A stretch of 61,980 nucleotides of DNA from Flavobacteriales bacterium (GCA_049289815.1 JBATMK010000285.1:1-61980); one strand, 5' to 3'; shown: positions 1 to 9,232, counted from the stretch's first letter. A program made the numbers and translations. The notes: generated from the letters alone by a model not told the origin.

Positions 1-862
1 ACTCCAGGTCGCGTTCCTTGTCGGACACCATGAAGGGAGGATGCCTTAACGGGAACAGGATGTTGCCGGCCGCATCCTTGTTGCGCGGGTCCAAGTGGCT
101 GCCGGTATGCGTGCTGCCATCGCCGAAACCGATATTGCGGATCAGGTTCACATTGGGAATGATGTTCATGCCACCATTGGCGATGCGGCCGTAGTCCAAT
201 TGGAAATCCCAGCTATGGATGCGGCCGTCCCAACTGCTTTCCAACAGGTGCATCGCCTCACGTGCCTCACTCCTATCAAGGAAATGACCATTGAGCAGGC
301 CGCCATCCCTTAGTGCGGGCCATTCCTTCATGTGCAGATCGTACTTCTTCCACATGCGGCGCCAGCTGGCCCAACCCCAATAGGCCCCGTAGCCATGAGC
401 ACTGAAGTAATAACTCTCGCCATCGCGTGCGGGCCATTCGGGCATGAGGTTGTTGCCCATGATGACCCATATGCGCTCGTCGGTCCGGTAGCGTTCCAAC
501 AACTCCTGCGCGAACCAGAACCAGGAGATCATCGGTTTGCAATCGTCTTCCAGGATGATCCCCTCCTCTTCGTGCTCGAAGAACCAGGAGATGGCCGCTG
601 GCGGACCGAACTTCACGGTCTGGTTCGACCCGCTGAAGCGCGTCTTCACTTCACAGGGCCAATCCACCAGCTTCACCAGGTCACGCACGCGTTGCACATC
701 GGCGGCTTCCCGTTCGTTGCGCGCACCGTCGCAGGCGAAATACAACCGGGGTGGCCGGGCGGCACGGATGCCCTCCATCACCGCCTTGCTCTCTTCATAC
801 CGTTTGAAAGCGATGAAGAGGACTGCCGTATGCAGCGGCCCGGGTGGGGTGAACGTGCTCAT
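1..862 (-). CDS. Glycosyltransferase (GT-A-like nucleotide-diphospho-sugar transferase), 3' end beyond the window edge
   Basis: Absent from the ORF track because there is no stop in the window. Hand translation of the minus strand from ATG at 862 is uninterrupted to position 1: MSTFTPPGPLHTAVLFIAFKRYEESKAVMEGIRAARPPRLYFACDGARNEREAADV...GIILEDDCKP...SWDFQLDY. ATGA start/stop overlap with the upstream gene at 859-862. Track ORFs 95..313+, 332..907+ and 537..893+ are antisense shadows. Confidence 0.6.
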   Translation of the reverse strand, partial: MSTFTPPGPLHTAVLFIAFKRYEESKAVMEGIRAARPPRLYFACDGARNEREAADVQRVRDLVKLVDWPCEVKTRFSGSNQTVKFGPPAAISWFFEHEEEGIILEDDCKPMISWFWFAQELLERYRTDERIWVIMGNNLMPEWPARDGESYYFSAHGYGAYWGWASWRRMWKKYDLHMKEWPALRDGGLLNGHFLDRSEAREAMHLLESSWDGRIHSWDFQLDYGRIANGGMNIIPNVNLIRNIGFGDGSTHTGSHLDPRNKDAAGNILFPLRHPPFMVSDKERDLE

Positions 863-2139
863 CGGGAAGGTCGAACAACGAATGTATTGGTGACGTTGTG
901 CCTGTAGTACAGGTCGAAATTGCGCAGCATGCCAACGGCATGGCGGGCTACTTCAGCCGGGCCTGCGAACTCACCCACGAAGCGGTAGAGAAAGAGTTGC
1001 ATGCGATCGGACCATCGTACGCTCAGGTCCTGCACGATGTTCCCATGACGATCGTGCGGAAGGATCTCGATGCAACCCGCGGCGAAGGCCGTCGGCAACA
1101 GCATGTTGCTGCCGTGCACGCCCACCACGATCTGGCTCCGGGCATAGGCTGAACACCAGGCGCGCTCGGTCGCTTCGTCCATGCGTGTGGTACGCAGGTC
1201 CTCGGCCAGACTTCCGTAGCCGCCTCCTGGCGCCAGGCCTACGACAGTGAAGGAGCACTGGGGAACAGCGGCTTGGACCGCGCGCATGGTGCGGCGGATC
1301 AAGCGGTCCTGTGCTGAAACGAACATGGTCCGGGCAAGGCCCTTCAACCCCGACCGGCCCATTGCGCGCGAGCAGAACTTGGCGAAGCCATTGGCGAACC
1401 ATAACCGATCCTGCCGCGCAACGAAGGTGATGTGCGGGGCCCGCGTACTGAACTCTTCCAAGGGGAACGGAGCGATCCCGGTGTAGCGCTCGATGTCGAT
1501 ATGGGTGAAGTCCGGATGCGCATAGCCTTTGCCCATGTTCACCTCCTCGTATTCAGCCAGTCTCTCCTGCACGAACGCATCGATAGCATTGTGCCAGGCC
1601 TGTCCCTGGCCCAGTTTCACATCCACGACCCACACTTCGGCGCAGCCTCTTGGTTCCAACCACGCGAACATGCGAGGCAGCATGATGATGACGCCGTGAT
1701 CCGGGTAGGCATCGATGTAATGCTGGGCGTTGTACAGCTTCAACAGCACATGCCCATAGAGGAAGTCGATCGTATCGAGGATGATCACACGTTTGCACGC
1801 ACGCAACACTTTGCGTTCGATCTTCAACGGTACATCGCTGCGGTCGTTGAAGGACTTCAACAATGGTTCATGCAACCAGCCTTCAGCAGCGTGCAGGTTG
1901 AAGAGTTTGCCGTCCGCCTTGCCGATAGCCACCGGATGATCCACCGAAAAACCCACCGGGAGATCGCGCAGGAAGTCCAGGCCGCAAGCTTCGCAGTGAT
2001 AGTCGCCCAGAACGTGTGCGCCGGGAAAGACAACACCCAGCGCAGTGACCTTGCGTGCCGCGCAAGAAGGGCAAGTGAAGTCGGAGAACAGCAACGGCTT
2101 CACCGGCACCAGATCGCGGTCTTGCGATAGCGTACTCAT
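859..2139 (-). CDS. Hypothetical protein of the polysaccharide locus; N-terminal CxxC...CxxC zinc-ribbon-like motif, C-terminal part weakly GT61/DUF563-like
   Basis: Track ORF 859..2265 trimmed to ATG 2139 (MSTLSQDRD...), which forms an ATGA overlap with the wzx stop (2136-2138). Motifs CPSC..x..CEAC near the N-terminus and VGVHGSNMLLP near the C-terminus. Confidence 0.6.
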   Translation of the reverse strand: MSTLSQDRDLVPVKPLLFSDFTCPSCAARKVTALGVVFPGAHVLGDYHCEACGLDFLRDLPVGFSVDHPVAIGKADGKLFNLHAAEGWLHEPLLKSFNDRSDVPLKIERKVLRACKRVIILDTIDFLYGHVLLKLYNAQHYIDAYPDHGVIIMLPRMFAWLEPRGCAEVWVVDVKLGQGQAWHNAIDAFVQERLAEYEEVNMGKGYAHPDFTHIDIERYTGIAPFPLEEFSTRAPHITFVARQDRLWFANGFAKFCSRAMGRSGLKGLARTMFVSAQDRLIRRTMRAVQAAVPQCSFTVVGLAPGGGYGSLAEDLRTTRMDEATERAWCSAYARSQIVVGVHGSNMLLPTAFAAGCIEILPHDRHGNIVQDLSVRWSDRMQLFLYRFVGEFAGPAEVARHAVGMLRNFDLYYRHNVTNTFVVRPSR

Positions 2140-3485
2140 GTAGCGCGGTGGAATTTCCAGAAAGTGCCCATGGCTTTCATCATCCAACCGAAGTTGGCCC
2201 GGGTGCTCTTGAAGCAGAGGTCGAGCAGGAAAATGCTCACTGTGAAGGAAATGATCGTGGCCCAAATAGCACCCGCGCTCTGGAAATGCGGTATGAGCAG
2301 GTAGTTGATGGCGATGTTGAGCCCCGCCCCCACCAAGGCAGTGGCCAGCGAATACTTGAAGAGGCTCTCATTGGTGATGAAGCTGGTTTTGCCCATTCCC
2401 ATATTGGTGAACAACAAGCGGATGGCGAACAACGAAAGCAACCCGCCGCTCGGGCGGAACGGCTCGCCGTACAGCAGCACCATGATGGGTTCGGCCAGGA
2501 AGAACAGGGGAACAGCCGTTACCAGGAACATGAGGAACATGAGGCGGTACTGGTTGAGCAAACGGTCCTCGTATTTCGCCATGCTCTCCATGCGCGCCCG
2601 CGTGATCGCAGGTGCAAGGCTCTTTTGAACGATCACCGGCAGGAAACCCAAGGCCTCGATCATCTTCAAGGCGTTGGCATATTGCCCTGCTTCAGCATAT
2701 GCTGCCGTTGGCCCGATGCGCTCTTTCAGTACGTCGAAGATCATCACTTGGTCGATCTTGGCTTGCACGTACAAGGCGACACCGTAGATCAGGAGAGGCC
2801 AGCTCTCGCTCAACAAATGCCCGGCTGTGGCACGGGTAACGCGCCATGCGCGCAGCATTCCACCGGCGTTCTCGTACGCCACGGCACAGCCGATGGCGCT
2901 GGCCAACAGTTCGATCACGTATGCCCATGCGAACCACAACAATGCGCTTTCGGTGGGGTGGCCCGCGGCATCCCGGGGCAACAGCCAGACCAGCCCGAGC
3001 TTCCAGGCAGCGCTTACCAAGGACTGCACGATGAGCACTTTGGATACGGCCCGCGCGCGCACCTGCGCCTGGAACCAGAACTCAATGACCACGAAAGGCT
3101 TGAGCAGTTCCGACACCGCCACGATCACCACCACCAAGAGCGTGATGGACTCCATGTCCTTCAAGAACCCGATCACCGTGGCCAGCACCACCAACAGCGC
3201 CGCCCCGCAGAACTTCAGCAGTGCAGCCGACCCCAGGAGTTCATCGCGTCGTTCCGGGTGGCGCACCAGGTCGCGCACCACGATCTCGTCCAGCCCCATG
3301 GCCGTAAGGGCGAAGAAGAGGCCTACGAAGCCGGTGGCATAGTTGAACTGTCCGAAGAGGACCGGACCGAGGAAGCGGGCAACGAAGATCCCTGTGACCA
3401 GGACCACGGCCAGACGGAACACTTTCTCGGCGAACATCCATCCGGTGTTCGCCAGGTACTTGCGCGCGCCTTCGCTCTTCAGCAT
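2136..3485 (-). CDS. wzx: Polysaccharide flippase, Wzx/MOP superfamily
   Basis: 449 aa, about 12 hydrophobic helices. The N-terminus (KYLANTGWMFAEKVFRLAVVLVTGIFVARFLGP..FGQF) is typical of Polysacc_synt/Wzx proteins. Sits between wzc and transferase genes. Confidence 0.8.
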   Translation of the reverse strand: MLKSEGARKYLANTGWMFAEKVFRLAVVLVTGIFVARFLGPVLFGQFNYATGFVGLFFALTAMGLDEIVVRDLVRHPERRDELLGSAALLKFCGAALLVVLATVIGFLKDMESITLLVVVIVAVSELLKPFVVIEFWFQAQVRARAVSKVLIVQSLVSAAWKLGLVWLLPRDAAGHPTESALLWFAWAYVIELLASAIGCAVAYENAGGMLRAWRVTRATAGHLLSESWPLLIYGVALYVQAKIDQVMIFDVLKERIGPTAAYAEAGQYANALKMIEALGFLPVIVQKSLAPAITRARMESMAKYEDRLLNQYRLMFLMFLVTAVPLFFLAEPIMVLLYGEPFRPSGGLLSLFAIRLLFTNMGMGKTSFITNESLFKYSLATALVGAGLNIAINYLLIPHFQSAGAIWATIISFTVSIFLLDLCFKSTRANFGWMMKAMGTFWKFHRAT

Positions 3486-3503
3486 ACGTGCGTGCCTGCG
3501 TGC

Positions 3504-5825
3504 TTACTTGACGTAGTACCCGTACCCGCTGCTGGTGCTCTTGTCCACATCGTTGAGCAGGAGATCGATACGGCCGAGTTTGCCGTTGGTGTGCATGCCG
3601 TTCACCAGGCGCAGGTCTTTGCGGTGGGTATGGCCTTGGCGCACCACGTAGAGCGTTACATCGATGTGGCTCAACAGGATCACGAATTCGCTCACGAGGC
3701 CGATGGGGCTGGCATCCACGATCACATGGTCGTACTGGCTGCGCAACTGCTTGAACAACTCGGCCATCAGCGGGCTTTCCACCAGCTCAAGCGGGTTGGG
3801 GGGTATGGGACCGGCCGTGATGACATCCAATCCCGGTGTATCGGTACGGCGGATCACATTGCCCACGGTCGTTTCGCCGATGAGCAGGTTGCTCAAGCCT
3901 GGTCCGTCCGGAAGTTCGAGGGTCTCCTGCACACGTGGACGGCGCATATCGGCGTCGACCAGTATGGCGCGCTTCCCACTAAGGGCCATTACCGTGGCCA
4001 GATTCACGGCGCAGAATGTCTTGCCTTCGCCGCTGCTGCTGCTGGTGAACCCCACGACCTGTCGCGGCGCGTCGGCATTGAGGTATTGCAGATTGATGCG
4101 CGCCGTTCGGAATGCTTCCGCCAGCAAGCTCTTGGGCTCGTCAGGGGTGATGCGTTTGCGCTTGCTCTCGGGAATGGTGGCGAGCAAGGGGATAGCGCTC
4201 AGGCGTTTCAGTTCGTCCTCATCGGTAATGGTATCGTTGAAGAAATCGCGCAAGAGGATGAAGGCGATCGGAATGAAGAGCCCGATCAGGATGGCAATAC
4301 CGAAGATGGTCTTCTTGTCCGGGGCCACGGGCCCGAAACCCACCATACGGGCTGGATCCACAACGCTCTTGTCCACCTGGTCGGAGTTGATGGCGATCTG
4401 CGCTTCGTAGAGCTTCTCCATCAAGTAATTGTTGATGCCCTCCGTCAGCTCGTACTGGTTCATCGCAATATCCTGGCGCTGCTGCTCCTTGGGTAGCTGG
4501 TTCAGCTGCCACTTCGTTTCATTCACCCGCTGGCTGGCATCCTGTAGCTCGATCTGGCTCTTGGACAACAGGTTCTCGGCGCTGCCGATGATCTGCGCCT
4601 TTCCATCGCGGATGGTCCTCATCAGCGCCAGGGTCGGGGCTGTCGGTGTGCGTTCGGTGATGCGGATCTGGTTGAGGCGCGTGACGTTCTGGTTGTACCG
4701 ATCGATCAACGATTCAAGACCTGGATCGCCGAGGTTCGCCGACGACGGCACGGTCTGGTCATCGGAACCCGACATGCCATTGATCAGCTGGTTCTGCAGG
4801 TACTGGATCCGCGTCCGTATCTCGCTCTGCCTGTCCTGGTAACGGCTCAGGTCGGCGTACAACTGATCCGCCCGGGTTGCGCCGCCGGCAGGCCCCTGCG
4901 AGATCACCTTGTCCGTGGCTGTTTGCATGTCCGCTTGGGAGCGGCGCAATTGCGCTTCGATGAAGCCGATGGTCCGTTTGCCCTTCTCATTCTGCTTGTC
5001 CTGTTCGGTCTCGATGTATACCGACATGAGCGTGTTGAGGAAGTCCTTCTCCTTCTGAACCACAGGGCCAACAGAGCTCAGGATGACGATGTTGCTTTTC
5101 TCGCCCATGCTCACACTGCCGAGCTTGCCGCCGTAAGCATCCACCAACCCATCGAGGCTGTTGATGTAGAAAAAATAGTCGGCCTTGGGCTGATACATGA
5201 AGCTGTCCGGGAAGGAGATCGAGAACGCGAGGTTCTCCTCCTTCACCGCTTCGCCGAATTTCAGTTCGCGGTCCACTTTCACCACGGGCCGGAACTGGTC
5301 CACCACCAGTTCCCTCCGAGGATCGTAGAGCTGGACGTTCTGGCCATCAACACTCACACGGAAGGTCTTCGCAGCCGTGTTCACCTTGATGTGCACCGGT
5401 ACCCCGGTCACCTGGTGCACCATGCTGTCCAACGTCACTTGGAACGGTGGATAGTCGTACAGCTCGCTGGTGAGGTAACTTTTCTTCACCAGGTAACTGA
5501 TGCCGAACGGCAGCCTGCGGATGGTCTTGCGCAAATTGCTCTGGCTGCGCAACACCGCGATCTGGTCCTCAATATCCGCGTTGCTGCGGAGGAACCCGGT
5601 GCCCTTGATGAATTCCTCGCTGTTGGCACCGAAACTGTTCCGGCTTTTCTCGCTCAACATGATGGACGCACCGACCATGTACGTCTTCGCGGTGGTTTTG
5701 TATTTGGCTACGGCTGCCGCGGTGCACAGAACGAGGGTGATCAAGAACAACCACCACTTGGCGGTGATCTTGCGGAAGATGGCCCGCAGGTCGATGGCGT
5801 CGCCGGCCGCTTGTTCCTTGCTCAT
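3504..5825 (-). CDS. wzc: Polysaccharide co-polymerase / tyrosine autokinase (Wzc/GumC-type)
   Basis: 773 aa. N-terminal TM plus a long coiled periplasmic region, a second TM, and a C-terminal P-loop kinase (GFTSSSSGEGKTFCAVNLA..ILVDADMRRP). ATGA overlap with the wza stop at 5822-5825. Confidence 0.85.
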   Translation of the reverse strand: MSKEQAAGDAIDLRAIFRKITAKWWLFLITLVLCTAAAVAKYKTTAKTYMVGASIMLSEKSRNSFGANSEEFIKGTGFLRSNADIEDQIAVLRSQSNLRKTIRRLPFGISYLVKKSYLTSELYDYPPFQVTLDSMVHQVTGVPVHIKVNTAAKTFRVSVDGQNVQLYDPRRELVVDQFRPVVKVDRELKFGEAVKEENLAFSISFPDSFMYQPKADYFFYINSLDGLVDAYGGKLGSVSMGEKSNIVILSSVGPVVQKEKDFLNTLMSVYIETEQDKQNEKGKRTIGFIEAQLRRSQADMQTATDKVISQGPAGGATRADQLYADLSRYQDRQSEIRTRIQYLQNQLINGMSGSDDQTVPSSANLGDPGLESLIDRYNQNVTRLNQIRITERTPTAPTLALMRTIRDGKAQIIGSAENLLSKSQIELQDASQRVNETKWQLNQLPKEQQRQDIAMNQYELTEGINNYLMEKLYEAQIAINSDQVDKSVVDPARMVGFGPVAPDKKTIFGIAILIGLFIPIAFILLRDFFNDTITDEDELKRLSAIPLLATIPESKRKRITPDEPKSLLAEAFRTARINLQYLNADAPRQVVGFTSSSSGEGKTFCAVNLATVMALSGKRAILVDADMRRPRVQETLELPDGPGLSNLLIGETTVGNVIRRTDTPGLDVITAGPIPPNPLELVESPLMAELFKQLRSQYDHVIVDASPIGLVSEFVILLSHIDVTLYVVRQGHTHRKDLRLVNGMHTNGKLGRIDLLLNDVDKSTSSGYGYYVK

Positions 5826-6607
5826 GGTGTCGAATTCTGCACCACTGTTACCACGAGCGCAGCTGCGCTGATGGCCGCGAAGAGGATGCCCAGCAGGTCG
5901 AGGTTCAAACGGCCCACGCGTGCACGCAACGCAGGCACATAGACCACATCACCGGGCAGCAGGTAGTAGTACTCGCTGGTGAGCACGTCCGTTCCTCCCA
6001 TATCCACATAGATCGCCTGCACGCCCCTATCACTCTGGCGCATCAATGTCACCTTGCTCTTGTCTGCAAATTCATTGGCCCCGCCGGCCTGTGCAAGGGC
6101 TTCAAGGATGGTGATCTGGTTGTTGTAAACGAAATACGTACCGGGGCGGGCGACATCGCCCAGCACGCTCACACGGTAGCTCACCAACTTGAGGATCACC
6201 GTGGCATTGGTGAAGAACTCGTTGATCTTCCGCTGCACCAGTTCCTGTGCTTCACCGACCGTGAGGCCCTGCACCTTCACCTTACCCACGGATGGTAATT
6301 GGATCTGCCCGTTCTTATCCACGCTGAAGCCGTTCACGTAAAGCGCCGCCTCGTTGATACCGACCGCAGCATTGGAACTTTCCACGTTGAAGAACTTCGC
6401 GGTGGCATCGTCCAGGCCCATAACGCGGATGCTCATCACATCGTTCACCTGCATCCGGTACTCGAACTTCTTGTTCTCGAACAGTTTGGCACCCTCGGTG
6501 CTCAGGGAGTGGTCCCGCAGGTAGTTGATATCACGGCGGCCCACGCACGATGCCAAGCTGCCCACCACCAAGAGGCCGAGCAGCCATTTCGTTCCCATCA
6601 GATCCAT
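5822..6607 (-). CDS. wza: Polysaccharide export outer-membrane lipoprotein (Wza/BexD family)
   Basis: 261 aa. Lipobox LASC. Poly_export/SLBB-like motifs (YRMQVNDVMSIRV, GQIQLPSVGKVKVQGLT..E, YNNQITILEALAQAGG). Confidence 0.85.
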   Translation of the reverse strand: MDLMGTKWLLGLLVVGSLASCVGRRDINYLRDHSLSTEGAKLFENKKFEYRMQVNDVMSIRVMGLDDATAKFFNVESSNAAVGINEAALYVNGFSVDKNGQIQLPSVGKVKVQGLTVGEAQELVQRKINEFFTNATVILKLVSYRVSVLGDVARPGTYFVYNNQITILEALAQAGGANEFADKSKVTLMRQSDRGVQAIYVDMGGTDVLTSEYYYLLPGDVVYVPALRARVGRLNLDLLGILFAAISAAALVVTVVQNSTP

Positions 6608-6746
6608 GCTTCTTGTGCTTTAGCCTGGTAAGAGGCCGTTTTGAAGAAGGCGAAAGATACGTGCGGCACTTGGCCAAGGTTTCCGGATGGTCCGCCGCAA
6701 CCCGATGCACGATGGAAGAGCCCAAGGGATCGACAAGCCCACGAAC

Positions 6747-6778
6747 GAAAAAGCCTTCTCATATCCGAGGAGGCCTTC
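6747..6778 (-). terminator. Weak terminator/attenuator-like hairpin in the leader upstream of wza
   Basis: Minus-strand RNA GCCUCCUC-GGAUAU-GAGAAGGC (8 bp, one C.A mismatch) followed by UUUUU. Confidence 0.25.
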
Positions 6779-6834
6779 GCCTTGCAGCCAGTAGTAAGCC
6801 GAAGCAAGGATCCGCAGGATCGGAGCGTACGGCT

Positions 6835-6897
6835 ATTCCCCTACGGGCAAAAGAAAACCCGCGCGCTGCGCGGGTTCCTTGTAGCCCGTAGGGGAAT
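6835..6897. repeat. Perfect 14-nt inverted repeat: the tRNA-Glu 3' portion (6884..6897) and its inverted copy (6835..6848)
   Basis: Plus strand 6835-6848 attcccctacgggc is the exact reverse complement of 6884-6897 gcccgtaggggaat. The 35-nt spacer contains the tRNA terminator hairpin. Confidence 0.8.
6846..6876 (-). terminator. Rho-independent terminator of tRNA-Glu
   Basis: Minus strand AACCCGCGC-AGC-GCGCGGGTT (9-bp GC-rich stem) followed by TTTTCTTTTG. Begins 6 nt after the tRNA 3' end. Confidence 0.65.
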
Positions 6898-6953
6898 CGA
6901 ACCCCTGTTTCATCCGTGAAAGGGACGCGTCCTAACCCCTAGACGAACGGGCC
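6882..6953 (-). tRNA. tRNA-Glu (anticodon UUC), no encoded CCA
   Basis: Hand-folded 72-nt cloverleaf GGCCCGT-TC-GTCT-AGGGGTTA-GGAC-G-CGTCC-CTTTCAC-GGATG-AAAC-AGGGG-TTCGATT-CCCCT-ACGGGCT-A. Anticodon loop is CT-TTC-AC and the T-loop is GGTTCGATTCC. Confidence 0.9.
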
Positions 6954-6971
6954 ATCTTTTTCAAGGGGTCG

Positions 6972-6979
6972 CAAATGTA
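6972..6979 (-). promoter_or_regulatory. Candidate Bacteroidota -7 promoter box (TAcaTTTG) for tRNA-Glu
   Basis: Perfect TAnnTTTG match on the minus strand, 19 nt upstream of the mature tRNA 5' end. No convincing -33 TTG seen. Confidence 0.35.
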
Positions 6980-7029
6980 GAATTCGGAGCGGATCGCTGG
7001 CCTGTATACTTGTTCAAAGCTCCAGCGCA

Positions 7030-7737
7030 CTATCTCACTTCGTCGCTATCTGACTGGAAGCGGAAACCGAGACGCTTTCCTGTGCTGATCTGCACGTTGG
7101 CGCTCAGGTCGTTCATCTCGCTCACCGTAACCTGGTTCACCTGATCGTACGGCGGGGTCAGCAGGTCGAAGTCGAGGGTGTACATGATCACGGAGTGTAC
7201 CACTTGCTTGATCCGTTCCTTGTTGATGGTGTTCTCCGCCAGATCGTTGTACAGGAAGCCGAGCTGGCGTTTGCCCTGCACGAAGAACCGCCCGTCCTTG
7301 TTGATGAAGAGCCGCGCCACCAGATAGCCCAGATCGCGCTCGCGGTTGTACTTGAACGAGTCGCTGAGGAAGTTGTACATGTTGATGACGCCGAAGTAGC
7401 CGCGCAGTTCATCTTGCTGCAGGTAGCTGGTCTTCCACAAGCTGTGTCCCTGATCCAAGCGGAACACATTGGTGTGCATGTGGAAGATGACCACATCCCC
7501 GGCCACCTTCAGTTCAGCGGCAGTCTCACCCTTGTCGGTGAACTTCACCGTAACACGCTTGTCCTTTTCCTGGATGGCCGTGTCCAGGTCGGCAGCCACT
7601 TCGGAAAGCACGGTCTTCAGTTCGGCGTACACGGCGATAATGCGCTGGTACACGTCCTGCTTCATCGCGCTCTTCCCCTCCAACATGCGAAGGATGGTGC
7701 CGCGCGGGTCGTCGTGGTGCTTGTCCTTCTTGGGCAT
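7030..7737 (-). CDS. Hypothetical protein (235 aa), translationally coupled to proS
   Basis: Track ORF 7030..7830 trimmed to ATG 7737 ([13 protein letters not shown]...), which overlaps the proS stop (7737-7739) by 1 nt. No motif I recognise and no signal peptide. Confidence 0.7.
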   Translation of the reverse strand: MPKKDKHHDDPRGTILRMLEGKSAMKQDVYQRIIAVYAELKTVLSEVAADLDTAIQEKDKRVTVKFTDKGETAAELKVAGDVVIFHMHTNVFRLDQGHSLWKTSYLQQDELRGYFGVINMYNFLSDSFKYNRERDLGYLVARLFINKDGRFFVQGKRQLGFLYNDLAENTINKERIKQVVHSVIMYTLDFDLLTPPYDQVNQVTVSEMNDLSANVQISTGKRLGFRFQSDSDEVR

Positions 7738-9206
7738 CAGTAGGCTCTTGCGAAGATGACGCGTTGAGTGCTCGGCTTGCCGGTGACCATGCACACGCCC
7801 GGCGTGCGGTCGCCATCCAAGGGAATACACCGGATGGTGGCTTTCGTCTCCTGCTTCACCTTTTCCTCGGTCTCCGCCGTGCCATCCCAGTGCGCGTGGA
7901 TCAAGCCACCTTCCTCAATGGCTTCCTTGAACTCCGTGTAGCTGTTCACCACCCGGGTACCGGCCTCGCGCATGGCCAGCGCCTTTTGGTAGAGGTTGGC
8001 CTGGATCGCTTGAAGCAGGTGTTCCACCTTTTCAGCGATGTCCACCACTTGGAGGGTTTCCTTTTCCAAGGTGTCGCGACGCGCAACTTCCACCGTGCCG
8101 TTCTCCATGTCGCGCGGACCAACGGCGATGCGCACCGGGTAACCCTTCAGCTCGTACTCGGCGAACTTCCACCCGGGCTTCTTCTTGTCGTCGTTGTCAT
8201 ACTTCACGCTGATGCCCTTGGCCCGCAAAGCGGAAACCACCGGTGCGACATAGCCATCGATGGCCGCCAGTTGATCGCCGTTCTTGGCGATGGGCACAAT
8301 GACCACTTGAACCGGGGCCAGTTTCGGCGGGATCACCAAGCCATGGTCGTCGCTGTGCGTAAGGATCAACGCACCCATGAGGCGAGTGCTTACGCCCCAG
8401 CTCGTCGCCCAAACATGGCTCTGCTTGTTCTCCTTATCGGTGAAAAGCACGTCGAAGGCCTTCGCGAAGTTCTGGCCGAGGAAGTGCGACGTGCCGGCCT
8501 GCAAGGCTTTGCCGTCCTGCATCAACGCCTCGATGCAGTACGTGTCTTCCGCTCCCGCGAAACGCTCACCGGGTGTCTTTACTCCCTTGATCACGGGCAT
8601 GGCCATCCATTCCTCGGCGAACTGCGCGTAGACATCGAGCATGCGCATGGTCTCCTCCACTGCTTCCTCCTTTGTGGCATGTGCCGTATGGCCTTCCTGC
8701 CACAGGAATTCGGCCGTGCGCAGGAAGAGGCGCGTGCGCATTTCCCAGCGCACCACGTTGGCCCACTGGTTGATCAGCAAAGGCAGATCACGGTAGCTCT
8801 TCACCCAGCCGCGGTAGGTGTTCCAAATGATGGTCTCGCTTGTTGGGCGAATGATCAGCGGTTCCTCGAGCTTGGCTTCCGGGTCCACCGTGATGCCTTT
8901 CTCCGGGTCGTTCTTCAGGCGGTAATGGGTAACCACCGCGCATTCCTTCGCGAAGCCCTCCACATGGCTCGCCTCCTTGGCGAAATAGCTGATCGGGATG
9001 AAGAGCGGGAAGTAGGCATTGACGTGACCGGTCGCCTTGAACATGCCGTCCAAGGCTGCCTGCATCTTCTCCCAAATGGCATAGCCGTGCGGCTTGATCA
9101 CCATGCAACCACGCACCTCGCTGTGCTCTGCCAGATCGGCTTTCAGCACCAGATCGTTGTACCACTGTGCATGATCGGTGGCACGCTTCGTCAAAACTTC
9201 GCTCAT
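7737..9206 (-). CDS. proS: Proline--tRNA ligase (archaeal/eukaryotic-like type without an insertion editing domain)
   Basis: Track ORF 7737..9260 trimmed to ATG 9206 ([46 protein letters not shown]...). Class II motifs and a C-terminal ...RVIFARAY typical of this ProRS type. 489 aa. Confidence 0.92.
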   Translation of the reverse strand: MSEVLTKRATDHAQWYNDLVLKADLAEHSEVRGCMVIKPHGYAIWEKMQAALDGMFKATGHVNAYFPLFIPISYFAKEASHVEGFAKECAVVTHYRLKNDPEKGITVDPEAKLEEPLIIRPTSETIIWNTYRGWVKSYRDLPLLINQWANVVRWEMRTRLFLRTAEFLWQEGHTAHATKEEAVEETMRMLDVYAQFAEEWMAMPVIKGVKTPGERFAGAEDTYCIEALMQDGKALQAGTSHFLGQNFAKAFDVLFTDKENKQSHVWATSWGVSTRLMGALILTHSDDHGLVIPPKLAPVQVVIVPIAKNGDQLAAIDGYVAPVVSALRAKGISVKYDNDDKKKPGWKFAEYELKGYPVRIAVGPRDMENGTVEVARRDTLEKETLQVVDIAEKVEHLLQAIQANLYQKALAMREAGTRVVNSYTEFKEAIEEGGLIHAHWDGTAETEEKVKQETKATIRCIPLDGDRTPGVCMVTGKPSTQRVIFARAY

Positions 9207-9224
9207 CTCCGCTTGTTCCGGTAC

Positions 9225-9232
9225 TATTTTTG
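9225..9232 (+). promoter_or_regulatory. Candidate -7 promoter box (TAttTTTG) for the Gly/Tyr-rich lipoprotein gene
   Basis: Perfect TAnnTTTG, 72 nt upstream of ATG 9305, in the divergent proS intergenic region. Confidence 0.3.

Noticed and set aside
2148-4496. 782-aa plus-strand ORF, the largest 'extra' ORF at the left end
   Set aside because: It runs antisense across both wzx and wzc, including their intergenic gap. Its composition is His/Gln/Glu/Arg/Gly-rich with no motifs, which is typical of stop-poor antisense frames in GC-rich coding DNA. The minus-strand genes have clear family signatures.
6608-7029. Possible integrative element or genomic island inserted at tRNA-Glu
   Set aside because: No integrase, excisionase or direct repeat of the tRNA 3' end is visible in the window. 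Only the inverted 14-mer is present, and it is reported as a finding.
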